Made by a program: the position numbers and the translations under genes
Shown here: positions 47,223-56,194 of the stretch, one piece after another
Position numbering within the stretch: position 1 is the first letter of the stretch
Layout: each line of letters begins with the position of its first letter
The notes under the pieces: generated by a model
Told to the model about the DNA's origin: nothing
Databases searched by the model: none
What the model saw: only the letters and a program-made list of their open reading frames with translations
Assembly: GCA_964549615.1 (NCBI GenBank)
Contig: CAZJVP010000020.1
Coordinates: 128,001-192,000, forward strand
Direction of reading: 5' to 3'
Origin: an uncultured Thermococci archaeon
Lineage (GTDB): Archaea > CAYQAE01 > CAYVLA01
Length of the DNA: 64,000 bases

Positions 47223-48701
47223 CTAGTAGGCCTTGGCAACTACAACCACGCAGCGTGCAGGCCTTCCGCACACTATGCAGACTTGTCCGTCAGGTGCCCC
47301 TTCTTCGTCGAAGATCGTCCCACGGACCTCTGCCTCGGTGCGTTCGGCGATCTTGTCGGCGCAGGCCTCCCCGTCCAAATCCCTGGAGCAGAATGGAACC
47401 TTGACGAATCCCCCCTTGGAGGCGATGATCTCTGCCAGTTCCTCGACGCTACCGGCCGTCGAGATGCACGACTCAAGATCCTTGCACGCCTTCTGCCTGA
47501 TATTTTCTAGGATCTCGCCCGCCATCCTCTTTATCGCCTTCGTTGCGGCCGAGAACTCGACCTCTTCCCTTCTCCCCGTGTCCCTCCTAACGAGCGTGAC
47601 GGTGTCAGATTCCAGGTTCTTTGGACCTATCTCAGCCCTGATGGGAACACCCTTCATCTCCCAATAGTAGAACTTCATTCCCGGCTTCTTGTCGGAGTCG
47701 TCGATATGCACTCGCACGCCGGAAGCCCTGATCCTAGATGCCAGTTGGCGGCACCTCTGCATCACCTCGGCCTTTTCGCCCTTGTAGAAGATCGGGACGA
47801 TTATCACCTGGATCGGGGCTATCGCGAACGGCAGTACGAGCCCCTTCCTATCCCCATGGATCGCTGCCAGGACCGCCAGGGTCCTCGAGATGGGGGGACC
47901 GTAGCACGTCTGGTATGGAACCTTCTTGGAGCCGTCCTGATCTTCGAAGACCAGTCCGAAGGCACGGGCAAATCCTTGGCCCAGGAAATGGGTCGAAGGA
48001 AGTTGGACCGCCTTCCTATCGGGCATGAGAGCATCAGCGGCGTAGGTGTCCACCGCACCAGCGAACTTGTCAAAGGCGGGCCTCCTGAAGAAGATGAAGG
48101 GGATCCCCAGCTTGTCGTGCAGGACGGCCTTCGTGATTGCCATATCCTCCCGGACCTGCGCAAGTGCCCCGGCCTCGTCAGCGAAGACGTCGTGGGCCTC
48201 GATCCAGAGGAACTCCCTTCCGCGGATGAGGGGCTTGGTCGCCTTGGTCTCGTACCTGTAGACTGCGCAACTCTGGTAGAGCTTCAAAGGCAGGTCGGAG
48301 TGGGAGCGTATCCACAGGGCATACATGTGATAGAAGGCCGCCTCCGAGGTCGGCCGCAGGGCCAGCCGGCCCTCCAACTTGCTGTCGCCCGCCTCCGTCA
48401 CCCAGAACACCTGGGGGCTGAAGCCTTGGACGTGGTTCTTCTCCTTCTCGAAGTTTTCCTCCGGGATAACGACGGGAAAGAGGGTGGGGCTGTGACCCGT
48501 CTTCTCCAACTCGGACTCCCAGATGGAGTACAGCTCCTTGGCCATCCTCATGAGCCAAGGCCTGTATATGACGAAGCCCTTGACGTTGTACCTCAAGTCC
48601 ACAAGGTCGGCGGTCTTGATGATCTCGTTGTACCAGTTGGAGAAGTCGGACTTATCCACGTTGAAGATGTCCTTCTGGGAGACCCTTCCTGTCCCCGCCA
48701 A
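47223..48701 (-). CDS. proS: Proline--tRNA ligase (archaeal/eukaryotic type)
   Basis: FSNWY, LALRPTSE, YRYETKATKPLIRGREF, FAGA, GVPIRAEIGP, C-terminal CIVCG...AKAY. Confidence 0.97.
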   Translation of the reverse strand: MAGTGRVSQKDIFNVDKSDFSNWYNEIIKTADLVDLRYNVKGFVIYRPWLMRMAKELYSIWESELEKTGHSPTLFPVVIPEENFEKEKNHVQGFSPQVFWVTEAGDSKLEGRLALRPTSEAAFYHMYALWIRSHSDLPLKLYQSCAVYRYETKATKPLIRGREFLWIEAHDVFADEAGALAQVREDMAITKAVLHDKLGIPFIFFRRPAFDKFAGAVDTYAADALMPDRKAVQLPSTHFLGQGFARAFGLVFEDQDGSKKVPYQTCYGPPISRTLAVLAAIHGDRKGLVLPFAIAPIQVIIVPIFYKGEKAEVMQRCRQLASRIRASGVRVHIDDSDKKPGMKFYYWEMKGVPIRAEIGPKNLESDTVTLVRRDTGRREEVEFSAATKAIKRMAGEILENIRQKACKDLESCISTAGSVEELAEIIASKGGFVKVPFCSRDLDGEACADKIAERTEAEVRGTIFDEEGAPDGQVCIVCGRPARCVVVVAKAY

Positions 48702-48791
48702 GACGGTTCACTGCCCGGGCTCGCCCCGGTCATCTTATTACTCTTTCCAGAACGACAGAATCATCCAATACATTCCGACGCAAGACCGGGA

Positions 48792-49277
48792 CTACTCCTT
48801 CTTCTTGATGCGGATGACTTCGCCCAGCGTCACATCCCCCACTTCTGTCCCGGCCACTCCCGCGATCTCCTCCTCTGAGCCTTCCTTCTCCAGGAGCTTG
48901 ATCTTGAGAAATCGTTCCAATTTCCTTGCGAGCGCAATGCTGGGAGCAAGGGATTCCGATTCAAGCCTGTGTATGGTGGAGCTCTTCTCGCTAACCTTCT
49001 TCCCGAGGTCTTCCTGCGTTAGGCCCAAGCGCTCCCTAGCCGACCTTATGAGCGCGCCGTAGCCGTCGACAACCTCGTACTCCAGGTTGGATGTGCCGCC
49101 GGATGTCTTCCTCGACCCCGTTGCCCGCCGGGGAGCTTGAAGGCCTTTCTCGGCCATCGGTTTGTTGTCCACAGGTGTTCCAAACCTTGCGCATCGGTCG
49201 CACACGTCCAAGGTCGCCCTTTCGACAACGACGGTCGTGAGATGTCTGACCTCAGACCCACAGATCTCACAGATCAT
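48792..49277 (-). CDS. Multiprotein bridging factor aMBF1 (Zn ribbon + HTH)
   Basis: CEICG...VCDRCARFG, IRSARERLGLTQEDL, LTLG-like VTLGE tail; divergent from pan. Confidence 0.93.
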   Translation of the reverse strand: MICEICGSEVRHLTTVVVERATLDVCDRCARFGTPVDNKPMAEKGLQAPRRATGSRKTSGGTSNLEYEVVDGYGALIRSARERLGLTQEDLGKKVSEKSSTIHRLESESLAPSIALARKLERFLKIKLLEKEGSEEEIAGVAGTEVGDVTLGEVIRIKKKE

Positions 49278-49310
49278 CAATGACCGCCCGCTGTCGATTC
49301 CGTCTCAACC

Positions 49311-49326
49311 GAAGATATTTAAATTG
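49311..49326. promoter_or_regulatory. TATA-like element between divergent mbf1 and pan
   Basis: GAAGATATTTAAATTG. Confidence 0.5.
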
Positions 49327-49373
49327 CGCTCACTCTCCGAGCTGCGGAGGGTGGCGCGGTGCAGGAAGCTGGG

Positions 49374-50540
49374 ATGTCCAGCGAAAGCGACGAGATAGTC
49401 ACCACGAACATCCAGCTTCATAAGAAGATTAGGTACCTAGAGTTTGAAAAGAGGAACATCGAGAGGGAGTACCTCCGCCTTGAGAGGGAGTTGAAGACCC
49501 TCCGTTCCGAGATGCGGAAGATGCACGAGGCCCCGCTTGTGGCTTCGACCCTCGTCGAGAAGCTTGACGACGACAAGGCCGTGGTCCGGTGCCACAACGG
49601 CGAGTTCGTTGTGGAGATATCCGAGTATGTGGATCGTCGGAGCCTGGTCCCAGGCTGCAGGGTGGCCCTAAACAGCCGGAACTATTCGATCGTGGAGGTC
49701 CTGCCGACGTCAAAAGACCCCCTCGTGCTGGGCATGGAGCTTTCGGAGAAACCTGAGGTATCTTACGAGGACATCGGGGGCCTTGACGAGCAGATACGCG
49801 AGCTCCGCGAGATAGTCGAGCTTGCCCTGACTAACGTGGACCTCTTCAAGAAAGTGGGCGTCGACCCGCCTAAGGGAGTCCTGCTTTATGGCCCGCCCGG
49901 TACGGGCAAAACCATGGTTGCAAAGGCGGTGGCTAGGCAGACCAACGCCACCTTCATCCGGATAGTTGGCTCGGAGCTTGTCAAGAAGTACATCGGCGAG
50001 GGCGCAAGGATGGTCCGGGAAATCTTCGACTTCGCGCGCGAGAGACAACCCTGCATAATATTCATCGACGAACTCGACGCCATTGGCGCGCGGCGGATCG
50101 ACAGCGGCACTAGCTCCGATCGCGAGGTGCAGAGGACGTTGATGCAGCTCCTTTCGGAGATAGACGGCTTCGATCCATGCGGCAACATCAAGGTCGTCGG
50201 GGCCACCAACAGGCCCGACATCCTCGATCCCGCACTTCTCAGGTCGGGAAGATTCGACAGGCTCATAGAATTCCAACTCCCCGACAAGGATGCCCGCCTT
50301 CACATACTCAAGATACACACCAGGAACATGAACCTGAAATCCGTCGCACTGGAGCGCATAGCCGCAGAGACCGATGGCGCGTCCGGGGCGGATCTCAAGA
50401 ACATCTGCACGGAGGCAGGCATGCAGGCCATTAGGGAAAGAAGAACCTATGTGACGCAGGAGGACTTTAGGGCCGCGATAGCCAAGGTGCTGGGTTCGTC
50501 GCTAACTTCGCAGAAGGAAGCGTCAACAGTTTACGTCTAG
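49374..50540 (+). CDS. pan: Proteasome-activating nucleotidase
   Basis: Coiled coil and OB domain, IGGLDEQ, GPPGTGKT, FIDELDA, REVQRTL, ATNRPD, GRFDR, C-terminal HbYX (VYV). Confidence 0.97.
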   Translation: MSSESDEIVTTNIQLHKKIRYLEFEKRNIEREYLRLERELKTLRSEMRKMHEAPLVASTLVEKLDDDKAVVRCHNGEFVVEISEYVDRRSLVPGCRVALNSRNYSIVEVLPTSKDPLVLGMELSEKPEVSYEDIGGLDEQIRELREIVELALTNVDLFKKVGVDPPKGVLLYGPPGTGKTMVAKAVARQTNATFIRIVGSELVKKYIGEGARMVREIFDFARERQPCIIFIDELDAIGARRIDSGTSSDREVQRTLMQLLSEIDGFDPCGNIKVVGATNRPDILDPALLRSGRFDRLIEFQLPDKDARLHILKIHTRNMNLKSVALERIAAETDGASGADLKNICTEAGMQAIRERRTYVTQEDFRAAIAKVLGSSLTSQKEASTVYV

Positions 50541-51223
50541 TCCCGCTCAAGCGATGAGGTAAGAGCCCTTGCTGACCCGGATGAGGACGATCTTGAGTTC
50601 CGAGCTTGTGGGGGGCCGCCTGCGAGCCTTGCAAGGACGGATCCAAGCGATCTTTCGTCGTTGACGTTGGTGAAGCAATCTAGCCTCGGGTCGATCAGCC
50701 GGATGGCTTCCACGGGCATGTAGTACGTATTCAGCGTTTCGAAGAGCCTGGATACCCGCCGAACGCCTGATCGGCAGATCGCCTCCAAAGGGCCCAGCGC
50801 AGGGGTTCTGCTCAAGATTGAGTGAAGCGGCTCCAGGAAACCGTTCGGATGGGTGGGAACGACGGCCTGATAGCCCCGCATCGCTGCAAACTCGCAGTCA
50901 ATCACCTCCCTTTTCAGGAACGGCATGTCCACTCCAACGACAAGCACCTCGCGGCAATCAAGCGCGCGGCAGCCGGCAAGAACTCCCCCCAGTATGCCCT
51001 GGTATTCGTCAACGACCGCGTTCAGGCCTGTCAAGCGATGGTAGCGGTGCGCCCTCTCTGCGCTGGATGTGGAGATCACCACCTCGTCGAGGAATTCCAG
51101 GCGGGCTGCCACCTCCTCCAAGAGGGTCCTGCCGTTGCCGAGATCAAGGAGGGCCTTGTCGAGGCCATGGAACCGGGATGAACTTCCGCCGGCAAGCACG
51201 ACGCAGCCTCTCCGCCCCTTCAT
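50537..51223 (-). CDS. mobA: Molybdenum cofactor guanylyltransferase
   Basis: VLAGGSSSRF..DKA, VDMPF, EPLH, FTNVN. Confidence 0.9.
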   Translation of the reverse strand: MKGRRGCVVLAGGSSSRFHGLDKALLDLGNGRTLLEEVAARLEFLDEVVISTSSAERAHRYHRLTGLNAVVDEYQGILGGVLAGCRALDCREVLVVGVDMPFLKREVIDCEFAAMRGYQAVVPTHPNGFLEPLHSILSRTPALGPLEAICRSGVRRVSRLFETLNTYYMPVEAIRLIDPRLDCFTNVNDERSLGSVLARLAGGPPQARNSRSSSSGSARALTSSLERD

Positions 51224-51262
51224 CCCAACCCACCCACCCCTCCTGGAAAGCGCGCGGACGCT

Positions 51263-52021
51263 TCACGAACCCCCATGATGCCTGGCCGCGATGTGCTTGA
51301 TCTTGCCAATGATCGTGCCGTCCTCGAGTATGATCGTGGCGTTGGGGAGATCCAGGCAAGTCCTTGCTAGCGGGCCGAGCGGCGTTTCCACGTTGAAGCC
51401 GGTGCCGCCGAGGAGCTTGTTGAAACTCGGCAGCACGATGATCCTAAGCTTTTCGTTGTAGTCCGGCAGCTCGCCCGGATAGCGATCCAGCACCTTCTTC
51501 CATACGAGCCTGGACTCCACGAAACAACTTAGCCTAGTTTCCAAGCCCAGAGAGTCCTTCAGAACCAAGGCAGGATGGCTGTGGCCCATGACCACGTACC
51601 TGCACTTCAGAAGCTCCGTGTTCGGCCAAGTGTGGCCGTGAAAGAAACCAACGTTGCCCCTTACCTCGCCCCGGGTATTGCCGAAGGATACGTTGCTGCC
51701 ATGGAGGATGGATGAAAGCCCGACGTCGTGGTTGCCTTTGATTACCGTGACCTTGACCCCGAGATCCCGGACGAAACGCTCCAGCTCCTCGTATTCCCAA
51801 GCCCCGACGTAGGGTATGTTGTGCTTGAAGTCACCCGCCACGATCAACTCCTTCGGCTCCACCTCCCTGATCATGGCCAAGAGCCGGGCCTTAATCTTCT
51901 GCGTTTGCGACGGAATCCTGAGCCCGCTTCGAAGCAGCTCGAACTCGTATCCCAGGTGGAGATCGGCCACCGCCAGGACTCCCTGCCTTTCAAGGAACAC
52001 TCCCCTCTCAATAGGGCGCAT
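51263..52021 (-). CDS. Calcineurin-like metallophosphoesterase (COG1407-like)
   Basis: ADLHLG, AGDFKH, KGNHD, HGH, MGHSHP, LPSFN. Confidence 0.92.
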   Translation of the reverse strand: MRPIERGVFLERQGVLAVADLHLGYEFELLRSGLRIPSQTQKIKARLLAMIREVEPKELIVAGDFKHNIPYVGAWEYEELERFVRDLGVKVTVIKGNHDVGLSSILHGSNVSFGNTRGEVRGNVGFFHGHTWPNTELLKCRYVVMGHSHPALVLKDSLGLETRLSCFVESRLVWKKVLDRYPGELPDYNEKLRIIVLPSFNKLLGGTGFNVETPLGPLARTCLDLPNATIILEDGTIIGKIKHIAARHHGGS

Positions 52022-52089
52022 CCTGGCCCCCGGTGGGGCGACTCATTGAAATGTAGCTCCGCGCGGGCTCCGTTCCTGACTAACCAGGA

Positions 52090-53229
52090 TCATCCGACCT
52101 CAACGACGGGTGGATTGATGAAGTCGTGGTATTTGCCCGCGACATCGGCCTCCGCCGTCGTGCCGTCGTGCACATAAAGCCTGTAGCGGAAAACGAGCTC
52201 CCGTCCGGCCTCCAGGGTGTAGTCGCCGTTCACGGACTTGTCGCCGGTGAAGTGGCTCAGGCCGAAGCAGTTGGCAGTCATCAGTCCGTAGTTGCGAACG
52301 TGCCAGTTGGTCGGGTGGCGGAGGTTGGTCGAGTGGTCCATGATGGCGATGCCGGCGACCTTCCCCTCGGTGGGACCGTAGTAATCGCACCAGTGGGCTT
52401 TCTTGCCCCAGGTCTCCCGCTCGTTAATGCCGCCGTAGGAGTTGACTATGGTGCCCCCTCTCGGAACATCTATTGAACTCGCCATCCTGACCGAAATGAT
52501 GCCGCCTTCCTTGGTGTCCCCAAAAACGACCCTGCCCTCCGTCGCCTTGAAATTCACGACGACGTCGAAGATGTGGCCTTTCTCCGTCACGTTGTAGAAG
52601 GTGAACGTGCTTTCCTCGGTCAGGACCTTCTTTCCGACCGAGTCAACCCAGTCATTGCGAACCCCGATCTTGGCGTAGACTGGGCCCGAGATCCTGGAGA
52701 GGAACTCCCTGTGAACGGTCGCACCATGCCCTTTCTCCTCGCTCCAGTTGTCAACCTTGTTCACATCCCCATGTGCTATCCAGATGGATCTGTGATGTCG
52801 ATGGTCGCTGGTCTCCCCTGGGACGCCCTGGATCATGGGGTAGGAGCGGGTGACCTTGGCTCCGCAAGGAGCTACGACCGGGAAGAGGTACGGCCTAACG
52901 AAGTCCTTCCCGCCGTAATGGTAGGTTGTGAAGTGCCTCCCCGAGATCCTGACGTCGACCATGTTCTCTTTCTGACCAAGCTCAGCCTTCTCGGCGGATC
53001 TGGGCTTCTTCCCTTCCTTCAGGGCATACTCGGCAGTCCCGCCCGCCCCCAACCTCTTCACGATGAATGAAAGCTGGGTCTGCTCGCCCGAGGGCTCAAG
53101 TTGACACGGCACCTCTTCTCCCTTCTCATCGTACAGGGTCGCCTGCGCAATCTTCGTAGGTAGAAGGACGTTCACCGGACAGAAGTTTCGATCATGATTC
53201 CCTGCGTTTACTACGATCCTCCTCTCCAA
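52090..53229 (-). CDS. DUF6807/PmoA-like family protein (function unknown)
   Basis: RPYLFPV, DHRHHRSIW..HG, KEGG...R, WGKKAHWCD, DHSTN..HPT.WHVR.YG...AN. Confidence 0.75.
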   Translation of the reverse strand: MERRIVVNAGNHDRNFCPVNVLLPTKIAQATLYDEKGEEVPCQLEPSGEQTQLSFIVKRLGAGGTAEYALKEGKKPRSAEKAELGQKENMVDVRISGRHFTTYHYGGKDFVRPYLFPVVAPCGAKVTRSYPMIQGVPGETSDHRHHRSIWIAHGDVNKVDNWSEEKGHGATVHREFLSRISGPVYAKIGVRNDWVDSVGKKVLTEESTFTFYNVTEKGHIFDVVVNFKATEGRVVFGDTKEGGIISVRMASSIDVPRGGTIVNSYGGINERETWGKKAHWCDYYGPTEGKVAGIAIMDHSTNLRHPTNWHVRNYGLMTANCFGLSHFTGDKSVNGDYTLEAGRELVFRYRLYVHDGTTAEADVAGKYHDFINPPVVEVG

Positions 53230-53316
53230 TCTCCTTCCTCCGAAGCCGGCGGCCCGTCGGCCATCTTATAACTATTGCTATCCTGTCGTTACTCTCCAAC
53301 GATCCTCTCAAGCCCT

Positions 53317-54480
53317 TCACTTGGGCGTGTTCCCGCGCCGGCTGACACAGTTCAAGAAGACGCCTGAGAGAGTTGCTGACACGACCGCCTGCGTCCCTGC
53401 CTCGCACCTATCTTTCCCGCTAACCGGCCGACCTCCGCAGCTCCGTGTCCTAACCCAGCCGTGACGCTGCAACGAGAACTTTGCGCCAAGGCGGGATCCT
53501 GCCGACATCAGCATGACGCCCACTAGGATTACTCCACCGGCATGCGCTTCGCGGACGGTCATCCTTATCACCCGGACCCTGTTGGGATCCCTCTCGACGA
53601 TCCCGGCCAGCAGGCTTCCGTCCTGAAGCGGACAGAATGCTATGTCGTATGGTGTCTCGAGGGCAGGCTGCCCCGCCACGAGTCCAAAATCTCCGAGGTG
53701 CTCACCGACCGAGTCGAAGAGATAAATCCTGTTCGCCCCGAAATCCGCCACGGCCACAAGGCCGCCGGGGGATATGCCTATGCCGACGGGGCGGGTGAAC
53801 CTCAGACGGCTCTGTATGTCCCATATCGTTCGGTTGAAGGAGAAGTCAGGATTGAATACCTGTACGCGTCTGACGTAACCCTCCGCCTCGAGGTAGGTAT
53901 CCACGACGAAGAGCCGGGCGCTCGAATCGAAGCAAAGGTCAAGAGGTCCATCGAACTCGCCTTCGCCCGTACCCCACGAGCCAACGGTCAACGTTGGATT
54001 CAGATCAGGCCCTAGGATCTGAACCCTCCTGTTCAGCGCATCGGCGATCGCCACCCTGCCGAGAAAGTCAACCGATATGCCCCAAGGGAGGCTGAACTCG
54101 GCCGGACCCGTCCCGAAGGATCCCAGAGCGCACAGGACCGACAGCTGGGGGCTGAGCACGACTATCCGATCGTTTCCGCCGTCGGACGCCCAGATCCTCC
54201 CCAGTTGGTCCACGGCTACCCCGCGCGGCCGGTTGAGCACGCCCACGAGCGTCTTGTTTATTGACAGATCCATGTTCAGGAGAAGAAGCCGATCATTGCC
54301 GGTGTCCGACACAACCCAAAATCCCGACGGATGATAGGCTATCGAGTTGGGAGCCAGAAGCCCAGGGCAGGATACGGCAACGCTCGAGATGCTAACGGGC
54401 ATAACCGCCATGGCGCAGGGAAGGGAAACAAAGAACACGATGAGAATGCGACCCGGCGCGTTCAGCCGATCATCTCCCAT
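53317..54480 (-). CDS. Exported NHL-repeat beta-propeller protein
   Basis: Hydrophobic N-terminus, repeats SDTGNDR / PRGVAVD / SDGGNDRI / PWGISVD / ADALNRRVQ / GEFDGP, hydrophobic segment near the C-terminus; start ATG 54480. Confidence 0.85.
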   Translation of the reverse strand: MGDDRLNAPGRILIVFFVSLPCAMAVMPVSISSVAVSCPGLLAPNSIAYHPSGFWVVSDTGNDRLLLLNMDLSINKTLVGVLNRPRGVAVDQLGRIWASDGGNDRIVVLSPQLSVLCALGSFGTGPAEFSLPWGISVDFLGRVAIADALNRRVQILGPDLNPTLTVGSWGTGEGEFDGPLDLCFDSSARLFVVDTYLEAEGYVRRVQVFNPDFSFNRTIWDIQSRLRFTRPVGIGISPGGLVAVADFGANRIYLFDSVGEHLGDFGLVAGQPALETPYDIAFCPLQDGSLLAGIVERDPNRVRVIRMTVREAHAGGVILVGVMLMSAGSRLGAKFSLQRHGWVRTRSCGGRPVSGKDRCEAGTQAVVSATLSGVFLNCVSRRGNTPK

Positions 54481-56114
54481 ATCTTTCGCTGGACCGCCCA
54501 GATATCGGCAACCTGATACCGATCCCGGTCCTTGACGAGCGAGGACGCGAAGGAGTGCCGGTAGTTGTACCACAGAAGCATCTGGACCTGGGGGTGGCGG
54601 CTGGCAACCTCGTAGTAGAGCATCGTCTCCTCCTCGTTCAGCGGGATGAACGACCATTCCCTCCACACCCGAAAATCGTCCAGCCAAACCTTGCATGAGT
54701 TCGGGCCGACGAACAGGCGTATCTGCGAGAAGGCCTCAGGGAGCCTCGCGTAGGGTAGCCTAGTCTGGGCTTCGCCGTCGAACCAGACCGTCCACCTGTA
54801 GGCGTCGGCGTCGAATTCGATGACAACGGAATGCCAGACCCCGGGTCGGACGTCGACGGTCCTGTTGATGATCTCCACGCGCATGCCATCGTCGATTAGC
54901 ATCTCCCTATCCCGGAAGCCGAGCCTCACGGGATCCTGATCCCCATCCCCCACAGAGACCCAGAAGTCCGGAGACCCGGCCGGCTCCACCGCGAAATAGA
55001 ACGCCACCTTGCCGCTATGCACTCTGGGAAAGCTGAAGGCGGCCGTCGCTTTCCCCAACCTGCCATCGAGCATCAGGGATCTACCTCCTTTGTGGCTCAG
55101 TTGGGTGGTTACCTTGATGCCGTCGCCATCGACCTCCCATGCGGCGGGGACCAGCCCGGCTTGGGTCGATTCGAAACCTTCGGACACCGAGAACTCCGGG
55201 TCGGTGTTATCCGCATCGAAGAAGGGTGCCGACCCAGGATCGAATGCTTGCCCGACCAGAACGACCGGCCTGTTGAATGAACAGGCCCACGAAACGTCGC
55301 TCTCCACCATGGCCCTGTCCCCGGTGTGGCGATAGTCTGGTGGGCGGTCATCGTGGTAAGCGTAGAAGTACGGATCGACGCCCACGATGTCGCAGGCCGC
55401 TGGGGTGTCCCCTATCCACTCGTCATACCGGACCAACCTCCCGTCCGGCAGGGTATAGGCGTAGGTGTTCCCCTGCCTGTGGAACATGACCATGACGGGC
55501 TTGTTCCAGAAGATCGAGCGCGCCGCGTCGCACATCTCGACAAGCATGTTCGGAGTGACGTTCCGGGGAGAGACCCACGGCTCATCGTAGACATAGATGG
55601 CGACGATGTGTTCCCTGTAGGGGCGGAATTTCTCCTCGTAGATCCTCATCTCCTGCACTAGGAGCTCTCTCCTCTCATGGGCGCTGGTGGGCCTGGGATC
55701 GAGGAAGTAGCAGTACTTCGCCAAAGTATGGACGAAGAGGATGATGCTGAGGTTGTTCTCGACGCACGAATCGACATACGAGGGATCATAGTAGTATGCC
55801 CTCGGATTCTGGACGACATGGGGCACGACTATCACGTTTGACTGCTGGGCCACGTTGCGTATGTGGTTGGAGTTGTCGGACCAGTCACGCAAGGAGTAGT
55901 TCGGATCGGAGGCAAGCTCGTCGCGGAAGAATGTGGAGATGGAGTTGTCGAACACCTCGAAGTATCCTTGGTAGCGCAGTCCCCCAATGCTATGGTTTCG
56001 ACCTCTAGGCCCTTCCTTCTCGCCGCGGAACAGGACGTGCATCAGCGCCGCTCCCAGGAGGGCGATCACGGCCGCCCCTACGAAGAGCCGAACGGCGAAC
56101 CTCCTAGGAATCAT
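54462..56114 (-). CDS. Membrane-anchored glycoside-hydrolase-like protein with inserted LamG/ConA-like domain
   Basis: N-terminal TM, AIYVYDEPW, DIVGVDPYFY, PVVLVGQAF; beta-sandwich GVWHSVVIEFD...TVWFDG...VWLDDFRV; start ATG 56114. Confidence 0.6.
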   Translation of the reverse strand: MIPRRFAVRLFVGAAVIALLGAALMHVLFRGEKEGPRGRNHSIGGLRYQGYFEVFDNSISTFFRDELASDPNYSLRDWSDNSNHIRNVAQQSNVIVVPHVVQNPRAYYYDPSYVDSCVENNLSIILFVHTLAKYCYFLDPRPTSAHERRELLVQEMRIYEEKFRPYREHIVAIYVYDEPWVSPRNVTPNMLVEMCDAARSIFWNKPVMVMFHRQGNTYAYTLPDGRLVRYDEWIGDTPAACDIVGVDPYFYAYHDDRPPDYRHTGDRAMVESDVSWACSFNRPVVLVGQAFDPGSAPFFDADNTDPEFSVSEGFESTQAGLVPAAWEVDGDGIKVTTQLSHKGGRSLMLDGRLGKATAAFSFPRVHSGKVAFYFAVEPAGSPDFWVSVGDGDQDPVRLGFRDREMLIDDGMRVEIINRTVDVRPGVWHSVVIEFDADAYRWTVWFDGEAQTRLPYARLPEAFSQIRLFVGPNSCKVWLDDFRVWREWSFIPLNEEETMLYYEVASRHPQVQMLLWYNYRHSFASSLVKDRDRYQVADIWAVQRKIWEMIG

Positions 56115-56194
56115 CCTGTATATCACGCATGCCGTGCAGGTTAAAACCTGTTCCTGTCGGCACCAGACATCGCCGGGATGGCCCAAGCAAACGT

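Noticed and set aside
47706-48878. 390-aa plus-strand ORF
   Set aside because: Antisense shadow of proS.
52090-53229. PmoA family label suggesting methane oxidation
   Set aside because: Soluble beta-rich protein with no TM helices and no pmoB/pmoC; the family name is misleading.
53480-53565. TVRE + hydrophobic helix at the NHL C-terminus as an archaeosortase signal
   Set aside because: Lacks the conserved Pro and is followed by a long tail; too weak.
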